From assembly GCA_001786995.1 (NCBI GenBank), contig MFUO01000006.1:1-34396 (forward strand): a DNA stretch of 34,396 nt. The letters run 5' to 3'. The first letter of the stretch is position 1; every line of letters starts with the position of its first letter. The position numbers and the translations under genes are program-made. Of this stretch, positions 1 to 7,328 are shown in pieces. The stretch comes from Candidatus Nomurabacteria bacterium RIFCSPLOWO2_01_FULL_33_17 (GTDB taxonomy: Bacteria > Patescibacteriota > Minisyncoccia > Phycocordibacterales > UBA9973). The notes below the pieces were generated by a model. It saw nothing but the letters and a program-made list of their open reading frames with translations. It was not told where the DNA came from and did not search any database.

Positions 1-17
1 GGAACAGCGGTAGCGGA

Positions 18-41
18 GAGACACTGCTTCCGCAGTGTCTC
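18..41. repeat. GC-rich perfect hairpin at window start
   Basis: GAGACACTGC (18-27), loop TTCC, GCAGTGTCTC (32-41). Confidence 0.7.
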
Positions 42-129
42 GGAGCGGACGATGTGCCGTGACGGAATTCATTACCTCACTTTGTTTTGAAAATAGGTTC
101 TAACTTGGTACAATAGAGACACTGGTAAT

Positions 130-201
130 GCCCTTGTAGTTAAATGGATATAACTGCGGACTTCTAAGCCGTTATTGTAGGTTCGATTCCTACCGAGGGC
201 A
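130..201 (+). tRNA. tRNA-Arg(UCU), CCA not encoded
   Basis: Acceptor GCCCTTG/CGAGGGC, D-stem GTTA/TAAC, anticodon loop CTTCTAA, T-arm GTAGG-TTCGATT-CCTAC; followed by CAA. Confidence 0.93.
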
Positions 202-244
202 CAAATAAAAAAGACTATAATTATAGTCTTTTTTATTTGTGCCC
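197..244. repeat. 48-bp perfect palindrome overlapping the tRNA-Arg 3' end
   Basis: GGGCACAAATAAAAAAGACTATAA|TTATAGTCTTTTTTATTTGTGCCC. Confidence 0.95.
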
Positions 245-280
245 GAGAGCAAACATCTGCATGTTTGCGTGTAGGATATC

Positions 281-357
281 GAAAAGCTTTTCGTTGTGTA
301 TGAGAAATTTATAATTTTGAATACACCGAAAAGGTGTACAGTTCATGTAATGAAAGA
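281..357 (+). repeat. 77-bp tRNA-downstream core repeat, copy 1
   Basis: Identical to 1661-1737 (GAAAAGCTTTTCG...GTAATGAAAGA). Confidence 0.95.
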
Positions 358-381
358 TCCCTACCACAAATATAAATAAAA

Positions 382-403
382 AAGGACTGCTTTCGCAATC
401 CTT
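382..403. terminator. Probable intrinsic terminator
   Basis: AAGGACTGC-TTTC-GCAATCCTT flanked by A-runs; lies just past the stop of minus-strand ORF 425-736. Confidence 0.5.
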
Positions 404-424
404 AAAAATATTTTGGCAGATATA

Positions 425-736
425 TTAGTCTGCTGGCTCACTAATATCAACACGATAGGATGCAAAAGGGATGTCTTCATCTTCCGGGAAATTTCCCTCA
501 TATCTTTTTTCGATCGGGTCTTTGACTTCACTTAAAGAAAGTGGAATCATATACCTTTCTGTGTTTTTATTGAAATTTGGTTTTTCGTTATTAGGGATTC
601 TTGTTTTTGTGAATACAATAATTTTATGACCATCTATCTTAAGATTAAGATAATAACCTCTTTTTAGTTTTTTGTACTGTTTCCAGTTCAAATTGATGCA
701 AAGGATTTTTCGATTTTCTGTGCTCATCGTTACCAT
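425..736 (-). CDS. Hypothetical protein (103 aa)
   Basis: ORF with a good upstream promoter on the minus strand and a downstream hairpin; no recognisable motif. Confidence 0.6.
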   Translation of the reverse strand: MVTMSTENRKILCINLNWKQYKKLKRGYYLNLKIDGHKIIVFTKTRIPNNEKPNFNKNTERYMIPLSLSEVKDPIEKRYEGNFPEDEDIPFASYRVDISEPAD

Positions 737-783
737 AGCCTTAATTTTTTAGTTTTAGTTAAGTGAAGTTTGAATTGAATATT

Positions 784-812
784 AATATACCAATACAAGA
801 GTTTATTGTCAA
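784..812 (-). promoter_or_regulatory. Sigma70-type promoter for ORF 425-736
   Basis: Minus strand TTGACA-N17-TATATT. Confidence 0.65.
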
Positions 813-839
813 TGAAAAATAAGATAGGTTTTGTCTTAT

Positions 840-868
840 TTGACATTTTTATGTATTATGTATAAAAT
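840..868 (+). promoter_or_regulatory. Sigma70-type promoter for ORF 893-1390
   Basis: TTGACA (840-845)-N17-TAAAAT (863-868). Confidence 0.65.
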
Positions 869-892
869 AAAGAAAACTTAAAAAAGCGACAT

Positions 893-1390
893 ATGGAACA
901 TTTTAAAATTTTTTGCGGTGATTGGATTTATCCATCACGTGATAGTTCTACAAAAATAAACTATCCAATTGACATACCATTGGTAGCTGAAATATATCCA
1001 CGAAGTGATAGAAAAGGGAAGATGGTTTCTGAAAGTGGAATGATTAAGGAACACTTAAACAGTTCTCGCTTCCTTAAATTACATTTAAGAACTGATAATA
1101 TACTTTGCATTCTTTCTCTTCACAATGAAACTGAAAGCATGTTTCTGAAAGAAATTAATGAAGATATTTCTTTCGATCGAGAAACGCTCGCTAGGCCTAA
1201 TTCTCTTTGGTATGATGGGAAATATCCAGGAAAAATAATAAAGCATAAGAACAGAGAAGAGAATGAATGGAATTCTATTTTCTTCACCAGCATTTTACTG
1301 CAAGTATTTATGGCTGGAGAAAAATTACCAAATGGTATTTCTTTTCGTAACGCAACGATTCCCGAGATAGAATCTCTCGGGCGTTGGTAA
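893..1390 (+). CDS. Hypothetical protein (165 aa)
   Basis: Long ORF with promoter and downstream terminator-like hairpin; family not recognised. Confidence 0.7.
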   Translation: MEHFKIFCGDWIYPSRDSSTKINYPIDIPLVAEIYPRSDRKGKMVSESGMIKEHLNSSRFLKLHLRTDNILCILSLHNETESMFLKEINEDISFDRETLARPNSLWYDGKYPGKIIKHKNREENEWNSIFFTSILLQVFMAGEKLPNGISFRNATIPEIESLGRW

Positions 1391-1415
1391 AACGAGTCTA
1401 ATTTATTGAATATAA

Positions 1416-1444
1416 CCCCAGTTTATTATAATTGGGGCTTTTTT
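1416..1444 (+). terminator. Intrinsic terminator
   Basis: CCCCAGTT...AATTGGGG followed by a T-run. Confidence 0.55.
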
Positions 1445-1494
1445 ATATTGCATTTTTGTATTTTTATGATAGACTGTTTTTATCAATTTAATAT

Positions 1495-1567
1495 GGGCCG
1501 TTAGCTCATCTGGTAGAGCACCTCATTTGCAATGAGGGGGTGGCAGGTTCGAGTCCTGTACGGTCCA
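1495..1567 (+). tRNA. tRNA-Ala(UGC), CCA not encoded
   Basis: Acceptor GGGCCGT/ACGGTCC with the G3:U70 Ala identity pair, anticodon arm CCTCA-TTTGCAA-TGAGG, T-arm GCAGG-TTCGAGT-CCTGT. Confidence 0.96.
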
Positions 1568-1622
1568 CAGATAAATTAAAACACGCTTGATAGAAATGTC
1601 AAGTGTTTTAATTTATCTGTGG
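1565..1622. repeat. Long inverted repeat overlapping the tRNA-Ala 3' end
   Basis: CCACAGATAAATTAAAACAC (1565-1584) pairs perfectly with GTGTTTTAATTTATCTGTGG (1603-1622). Confidence 0.93.
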
Positions 1623-1660
1623 CCGTAAGCAAATAAACTGCTTTATTTGCCTCAGAACGA

Positions 1661-1737
1661 GAAAAGCTTTTCGTTGTGTATGAGAAATTTATAATTTTGA
1701 ATACACCGAAAAGGTGTACAGTTCATGTAATGAAAGA
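1661..1737 (+). repeat. 77-bp tRNA-downstream core repeat, copy 2
   Basis: Identical to 281-357. Confidence 0.95.
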
Positions 1738-1764
1738 GTCCTCTTTTTATGCTAAAATAAATTT

Positions 1765-2238
1765 ATGAAGAAAATTATATTAGTCTTATTAATTTGCGTA
1801 ATTTTAATTTTGGGTTATTGGTTGATATCGCCTTTTTGGCGTAATAAAGTAGTTAGTGAAAATTTACCAAATACTATTGATAATATTTCTGAAGATAAAA
1901 AAGATAATGAAATTATGATTTTTAAAAAAGGAACTTTTACAGGTTTTGATAAAATTCATAATGGTTCCGGTGATATTGTTTTAGTACAAATTAATGGAAA
2001 AAATTATATTAGATTTGAGGAAAATTTTAATGTAAATAATGGACCAGATTTATATGTTGGTTTGGGTAAAAATGGTGAATATATAAAAGATAGTGAATTA
2101 GGTAAACTAAAAGGTAATATTGGTTCTCAAAATTATGAGCTACCAGAAAATATTAATTTTGAAAATGTTCATGAAGTTTGGATTTGGTGTAAAGCTTTTT
2201 CTGTACCTTTTGCAAAAGCTATTTTATTTGATTTTTAG
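1765..2238 (+). CDS. DM13 domain membrane-anchored protein
   Basis: N-terminal hydrophobic helix; H.GSG, NGPDLYV, LKGNIGSQNY, VWIWCKAFSVPF motifs typical of DM13. Confidence 0.88.
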   Translation: MKKIILVLLICVILILGYWLISPFWRNKVVSENLPNTIDNISEDKKDNEIMIFKKGTFTGFDKIHNGSGDIVLVQINGKNYIRFEENFNVNNGPDLYVGLGKNGEYIKDSELGKLKGNIGSQNYELPENINFENVHEVWIWCKAFSVPFAKAILFDF

Positions 2239-2266
2239 TTATCCACAGGTTCAATACTAATATCGC

Positions 2267-2295
2267 TTGCATGTGAACGAGCGTTCACATATAAT
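2267..2295 (+). promoter_or_regulatory. Promoter with overlapping putative LexA (SOS) box
   Basis: TTGCAT-N17-TATAAT; palindrome ATGTGAACG-AG-CGTTCACAT (2271-2290) with GAAC-N4-GTTC core. Confidence 0.8.
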
Positions 2296-2303
2296 ATAAA
2301 CAT

Positions 2304-2513
2304 ATGACACGAGAACAATACATACGAATATTGCAAAGAGAATTAGATAAACTAAATCAAGAAATTGACATGAAAATCATTTCTAAAGAAAGTTATTCTA
2401 AAGAATCTAAAGAGCATAAATTACTACTTAAAAAGATTTATCAACATACTCATAAAAATTCTTTGAAAAACTTCTTTATGAAAATATTTACTCAACGATC
2501 TTTGCAATTTTAA
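2304..2513 (+). CDS. Small hypothetical protein, first gene of the lexA operon
   Basis: 69-aa ORF between the promoter and lexA (3-nt gap); coiled-coil-like N-terminus. Confidence 0.7.
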   Translation: MTREQYIRILQRELDKLNQEIDMKIISKESYSKESKEHKLLLKKIYQHTHKNSLKNFFMKIFTQRSLQF

Positions 2514-2516
2514 TAT

Positions 2517-3080
2517 ATGAATGAATATAAAAATAAACTTGTGGCTTTTTATGCATCAGCAAGTCGTATGCCGACTTATAGCGAAATGATGAAGTTATTT
2601 AGTTTCAAATCTAAAAATGCAGTTGCAAGACTTGTCGAAAAATTAATTGATACCGGAATTGTTAAAAAAGATTCACTGGGGCGACTGATACCCAGTGCAT
2701 CTTTTAGTGATGTTCCATTGTTGGGTTTAATCAAAGCTGGTTTTCCATCACCTACGGAAGATATTGTTGAAAGCACAATTAATTTAAATAATTTTTTAAT
2801 TCGCAAAAAAGATTCGACATATATACTAGAAGTCGATGGTAACTCTATGATTGATGCTCATATTGCTGATGGGGATATGGTTATCGCTGAAAAGACTGAA
2901 TTTGCCCGCGACCGAGAAATTGTAATTGCCGAAGTTGATGGGGAATTCACTATGAAATATTTTCGACAAGAGGGAAGTAAGATTTGGCTTGAACCAGCCA
3001 ATAAAGATTTTAAACCAATCTATCCAGAAAATGATCTAAAAATTTGTGCAATAGTAAAGGGTGTAATTAGGAAGTATTAA
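2517..3080 (+). CDS. lexA: LexA repressor (S24 peptidase)
   Basis: N-terminal wHTH (PTYSEM), Ala-Gly cleavage site (KAGFP), catalytic Ser (GNSM) and Lys (FTMKY), LEPAN. Confidence 0.92.
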   Translation: MNEYKNKLVAFYASASRMPTYSEMMKLFSFKSKNAVARLVEKLIDTGIVKKDSLGRLIPSASFSDVPLLGLIKAGFPSPTEDIVESTINLNNFLIRKKDSTYILEVDGNSMIDAHIADGDMVIAEKTEFARDREIVIAEVDGEFTMKYFRQEGSKIWLEPANKDFKPIYPENDLKICAIVKGVIRKY

Positions 3081-3085
3081 TAAAT

Positions 3086-4081
3086 ATGAAAAAAAAGATT
3101 TTAAAAAATAATAAAGAACTAGTTATATACCAAACAAAATCAGGAGCGATTGAGTTGCGGGGGGATTTCTCGCACGAAACTTTATGGGCGACACAGGCAC
3201 AAATCGCTAATGTTTTTGGTGTTGATACTAGAACAGTTAACGAACATATAAAAAATATTTTAAAAACAAATGAATTGAAAGAATCTGCAACTGTCCGGAA
3301 TTTCCGGATAGTTCAAATCGAGGGTAATCGTCAGGTAGAACGTGATATATATCACTATAATTTGGATATGGTGATATCGATAGGTTATAGAGTTAATTCA
3401 AAAACAGCTACTCTTTTTCGTCAATGGGCTACAAAGACTTTAAAAGAGCACTTAGTAAAAGGCTATACGATAAACAAAAAAGTTCTTTTAAAGAACCATG
3501 AGCAGTTTTTAAAGACAGTATCTGAGATTCAATTACTTTTACCAACACATACAATTTTAGACCCAAAAGCTATGATTGATTTAGTGAAAGAATTTTCCAT
3601 TACTTGGAGTAATCTTGATGCATATGATAAAGATCTTCTATTTGGAAAAGGTGTTACTAAAAAGAAGATTAAAGTAAAAAGTGAAGAAATATTAAAAGAA
3701 ATAAATGAGTTAAAATTGGAATTACTTAAAAAAGGTCAAGCTACAGATATTTTTGCTCAAGAAAGAGTAAGAGGTAGTATAGAAGGTATCATTGGTAATG
3801 TCATGCAGTCTTTTGGTGGTGCCGATTTGTACCCAAGTCTTGAAGAGAAAGCCGCACACCTTTTATACTTTATAGTAAAAAATCATCCGTATATTGATGG
3901 TAATAAACGCTCGGGAGCTTTTGTTTTTATTAGATTTTTAAGAAAAAATGGTATAAAAGGTGCTCAAAATATAAACCCAGCAGGTCTTGTAGCTATAACT
4001 CTTCTGATTGCCGAAAGTGATCCAAAACACAAAGATAAACTAACCGCATTGGTTGTGGAGCTACTAAGAATAGGGAAGTAA
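3086..4081 (+). CDS. RhuM-like / Fic-Doc fusion protein
   Basis: RhuM-type N-terminus (TLWATQAQIA, YNLDMVISIGYRVNS, FRQWAT) and Fic/Doc motif HPYIDGNKRSG. Confidence 0.9.
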   Translation: MKKKILKNNKELVIYQTKSGAIELRGDFSHETLWATQAQIANVFGVDTRTVNEHIKNILKTNELKESATVRNFRIVQIEGNRQVERDIYHYNLDMVISIGYRVNSKTATLFRQWATKTLKEHLVKGYTINKKVLLKNHEQFLKTVSEIQLLLPTHTILDPKAMIDLVKEFSITWSNLDAYDKDLLFGKGVTKKKIKVKSEEILKEINELKLELLKKGQATDIFAQERVRGSIEGIIGNVMQSFGGADLYPSLEEKAAHLLYFIVKNHPYIDGNKRSGAFVFIRFLRKNGIKGAQNINPAGLVAITLLIAESDPKHKDKLTALVVELLRIGK

Positions 4082-4161
4082 ACCTGAACCCGTTTGAGGT
4101 ATCCCCCTTAAAATTTGACTTATTTTGAGATTTTTGCTACTCTATTATCTAGTGTCACACT

Positions 4162-4377
4162 ATGAGTAACAAAGAGAATGAAACGCTCATCCAAGGAACG
4201 GTTGAAGAAGCATTACCGAATGTAATGTTTCGTATTATTTTAGATGATGGACGAAAAATCATCGCATACCTTTCAGGGAAAATGCGCATGCATCGTATCA
4301 AAGTTATTATTGGAGACAAAGTAGAAATGGTGGAAGACCTGCAAGGTAATCGCCATCGAATAGTTCGTAGATTGTAA
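4162..4377 (+). CDS. infA: Translation initiation factor IF-1
   Basis: [25 protein letters not shown] motifs. Confidence 0.97.
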   Translation: MSNKENETLIQGTVEEALPNVMFRIILDDGRKIIAYLSGKMRMHRIKVIIGDKVEMVEDLQGNRHRIVRRL

Positions 4378-4384
4378 AAATTGT

Positions 4385-4501
4385 ATGAAAGTTAAATCAT
4401 CACTTAAAAAAAGAAGTCCAGAAGATAAAATTGTTCGTCGTCGCGGGCGACTTTATATTATTAATAAAAAGAATCCTAAGTTTAAACAAAAACAAGGTTA
4501 A
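4385..4501 (+). CDS. rpmJ: 50S ribosomal protein L36, zinc-ribbon-less form (missing from ORF track)
   Basis: Translates [38 protein letters not shown]; lies between infA and rpsM. Confidence 0.95.
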   Translation: MKVKSSLKKRSPEDKIVRRRGRLYIINKKNPKFKQKQG

Positions 4502-4503
4502 AT

Positions 4504-4884
4504 ATGCGTATTTTAGGTATAACAATTCCAGCAGAAAAAAAACTTGACATCGGACTCACTGTTCTTTTTGGCGTGGGTCGCAAGACTGCCGAAAAAGTTT
4601 TAGCAGCACAAAAAATAAAGGTTGGAAGTCGTCCAGCTGATTTGACAATGGATCAAGAAAATGCGATCCGTCGTGTTATCGAAGAAATGAAAATAGAGGG
4701 TAATCTCAAGCGTGAAATTTCTGGAAATATCAAACGCTTGAAAGATATCAAAAGTTATCGCGGTTCACGACACACTAAAAAATTACCTATTCGTGGACAG
4801 CGTACAAAAACAAATTCACGAACATTACGAGGTAATGTGCGTGCAACAATGGCTTCTGGTCGTCGAAAAGAAAGCAAGACATAG
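4504..4884 (+). CDS. rpsM: 30S ribosomal protein S13
   Basis: YRGSRH, LPIRGQRTKTNSRT; synteny. Confidence 0.97.
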   Translation: MRILGITIPAEKKLDIGLTVLFGVGRKTAEKVLAAQKIKVGSRPADLTMDQENAIRRVIEEMKIEGNLKREISGNIKRLKDIKSYRGSRHTKKLPIRGQRTKTNSRTLRGNVRATMASGRRKESKT

Positions 4885-4899
4885 TTTGAATAATATATT

Positions 4900-5337
4900 A
4901 TGGGAAAATTAAAGATAAAAAACAAAAATGAAGGATCACAGAATGAAGGAGTTCCAAGAACTAATTCTTCTGTCCGCGTGCCCAAAAAGAAAGTTGTAAG
5001 CGGTACACTTCATATAGATGCGACTTTTAATAATACAAAGGCTCTTGTATCGGACAAAAATGGTAATACATTGTTTTGGTCATCAGCCGGATCATTGGGA
5101 TTCAAAGGTGCTAAAAAGGGTACTCCATTTGCAGCAGCAAAAGTTGGTGAGATATTGGGTGAAAAGTCTCGTGCAATGGGTATAAAAGAAGTAGATGTTA
5201 TCATTGTTGGAGTTGGTTCTGGTCGTGAACCTGTGATTCGGTCATTTAATGCATTTGATATCGAAGTTACTGCAATTCGTGATCAAACACCAGTACCACA
5301 CAATGGTCCAAAACCTAAAAAGCCTAGACGCGTTTAA
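4900..5337 (+). CDS. rpsK: 30S ribosomal protein S11
   Basis: ATFNNT, GFKGAKKGTPFAA, TPVPHNG. Confidence 0.97.
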   Translation: MGKLKIKNKNEGSQNEGVPRTNSSVRVPKKKVVSGTLHIDATFNNTKALVSDKNGNTLFWSSAGSLGFKGAKKGTPFAAAKVGEILGEKSRAMGIKEVDVIIVGVGSGREPVIRSFNAFDIEVTAIRDQTPVPHNGPKPKKPRRV

Positions 5338-5344
5338 ATAATAT

Positions 5345-5950
5345 ATGAAACCAGTAAAGAAATATAAAGTAGCTCGAAGACTTGGTGCACATGTTTTTGA
5401 AAAAACACAAACTGCAAAATTTGCGGATTCTCTTAATCGTCGCAGTAAAAAAAGTACAAAGCGTGGTAAACCATTGTCTGGCTATGCTGAACAAATGTAT
5501 GAAAAACAAAGAATTCGTTTTTCATATGGAATTTCAGAAAAGCAATTTTCTAATTATGTTAAAGTTAGTACAAATACAAAAGGTGCAATTCCATCTCTAT
5601 TATTAGCCGCACAATTAGAATCAAGATTAGACAATATTGTTTATCGTCTTGGTTTTGCACCAACTCGTAGAATGGCTCGTCAAATGACTTCACATGGACA
5701 TTTTTGTGTTAATGGAACTCGGACAACTGTACCATCGTATTCTATAAAACAAGGTGATGTTATAACTGTCCGCGAAGGTAGTAAAAAATCAATTATGTTT
5801 GCAGATATGATTGCGAAACAAAAAGATAATTCAATTCCACCATGGTTAACATTATCTATTGATACATTAACAGGTAATGTAAAAGGAAAACCAGGATTAG
5901 TTGACAGCGGTTTTGATTTTAATAGAGTGATCGAGTTCTATAGTCGTTAA
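5345..5950 (+). CDS. rpsD: 30S ribosomal protein S4
   Basis: EKQRIRFSYG, LESRLDNIVYRLGFA, ARQMTSHGH, IEFYSR. Confidence 0.97.
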   Translation: MKPVKKYKVARRLGAHVFEKTQTAKFADSLNRRSKKSTKRGKPLSGYAEQMYEKQRIRFSYGISEKQFSNYVKVSTNTKGAIPSLLLAAQLESRLDNIVYRLGFAPTRRMARQMTSHGHFCVNGTRTTVPSYSIKQGDVITVREGSKKSIMFADMIAKQKDNSIPPWLTLSIDTLTGNVKGKPGLVDSGFDFNRVIEFYSR

Positions 5951-5978
5951 TTATTAGTTAAATATTATTTTCTCCTAT

Positions 5979-6965
5979 ATGCATGAATATTCTATAATTC
6001 TTCCCACAAAGCCACGCGCAGTTAAAGATGAACCAACAAAAGGTGTCTTTGAAATAGACAATCTATACCCAGGGTATGGACACACATTGGGTAACTCGCT
6101 TCGTCGCATTATTTTGTCCTCTATTCCAGGAGCGGCAATTACTTCTATTAAAATAGATGGAACTCAACATGAATTCTCTGTTATTGATGGAGTTCGTGAA
6201 GATGTTATTACAATTATTCTTCACTTAAAACAACTTCGTTTGCGTTTACATTCTGATGAACCACAAGAAATTACTCTTGAAATCAAAGGTGCAAAAATTG
6301 TAACTGCTGCCGATATTAAATCCAGTAGTCAAGTTGAAGTTTTGAATAAAGATTTATATATTGCAGAATTAACAGACAAAGCTGGCTCACTTTTTGTAAC
6401 TATGCGTGTAGAGCGCGGTCTTGGTTTTGTAACAAAAGAAGAACATCAAAGATCTAAAGTTGAAATAGGAACAATTGCTGTTGATGCTATATTTACACCT
6501 ATTCGTCGCGTTTCTTATGAAGTTGAAAATATGCGTGTTGGAGACAATACTAATCACAATCGTCTTCGTATTAATATTGAAACTGATGGTTCCATCACAC
6601 CAAGAGAAGCTTTGAATCGTTCTATTCGTATTATGATAGAACAATTAGATGCAATGTTGGAACATGAAGTTCGCAATATCTCAAACGATAGTGATGAAGA
6701 CGAAGTTTCTACTAAACACGAAGAATCAAGTAAAAAAACTTCAGCTGTCGATGGTGAATTTACAGATATTTTGAAAACTCGTATTGATACACTGGGTCTG
6801 TCATCTCGTATATTAACCGCTTTACAAAATGCAAATATTCGAACAGTTGGAGGCGTTGCTCGTAAAAGAAAAGATGATTTATTAGATATTGATGGTATTG
6901 GGGAAAAAGGCATTAAAGAAATTAAAGACATACTTGGTAATTTTGGAATAACCTTGAAAGAATAA
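5979..6965 (+). CDS. rpoA: RNA polymerase alpha subunit
   Basis: GYGHTLGNSLRRIILSSIPGAA, HEFS, DAIFTPI; alpha-CTD present. Confidence 0.98.
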   Translation: MHEYSIILPTKPRAVKDEPTKGVFEIDNLYPGYGHTLGNSLRRIILSSIPGAAITSIKIDGTQHEFSVIDGVREDVITIILHLKQLRLRLHSDEPQEITLEIKGAKIVTAADIKSSSQVEVLNKDLYIAELTDKAGSLFVTMRVERGLGFVTKEEHQRSKVEIGTIAVDAIFTPIRRVSYEVENMRVGDNTNHNRLRINIETDGSITPREALNRSIRIMIEQLDAMLEHEVRNISNDSDEDEVSTKHEESSKKTSAVDGEFTDILKTRIDTLGLSSRILTALQNANIRTVGGVARKRKDDLLDIDGIGEKGIKEIKDILGNFGITLKE

Positions 6966-6966
6966 T

Positions 6967-7320
6967 ATGAGACATCACAATTCTAATCGTAAATTTGGTA
7001 GACCAGCATCACAACGCCGAGCACTTTTAAAAAGTTTGGTTGTGGCTTTTGTAACACATGACGCTATAACTACAACTGATGCCAAAGCTCGTGAGCTTCG
7101 TCCATTTATGGAAAAATTAATTACAACTGGCAAGAAAAAGACATTGTCATCTCGTCGTGATTTACTTTCAAGACTTGATAATAATGAAGCCGTTGTTAGT
7201 AAAATTATTGATACTTTAGCAACTAAATATGAGAATCGACCAGGTGGGTATGTTCGTATTTATAAACTTCCTCGTCGACTGGGAGATGCCGCATTGATGG
7301 CTCGTATCGAATTTGTATAA
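6967..7320 (+). CDS. rplQ: 50S ribosomal protein L17
   Basis: MRH...RKFGR, ITTTDAKA, RPGGYVRI, RLGDAA. Confidence 0.97.
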   Translation: MRHHNSNRKFGRPASQRRALLKSLVVAFVTHDAITTTDAKARELRPFMEKLITTGKKKTLSSRRDLLSRLDNNEAVVSKIIDTLATKYENRPGGYVRIYKLPRRLGDAALMARIEFV

Positions 7321-7328
7321 TAAAAATT

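Noticed and set aside
281..1737. Classical integrase-driven genomic island or prophage at the tRNAs
   Set aside because: No integrase or phage gene is recognisable, and the long direct repeat is not tRNA sequence.
2239..2247. DnaA box TTATCCACA (also TTATACACA at 9378-9386) as oriC
   Set aside because: Isolated single boxes with no cluster and no dnaA/dnaN nearby; they may be regulatory but do not support an origin.
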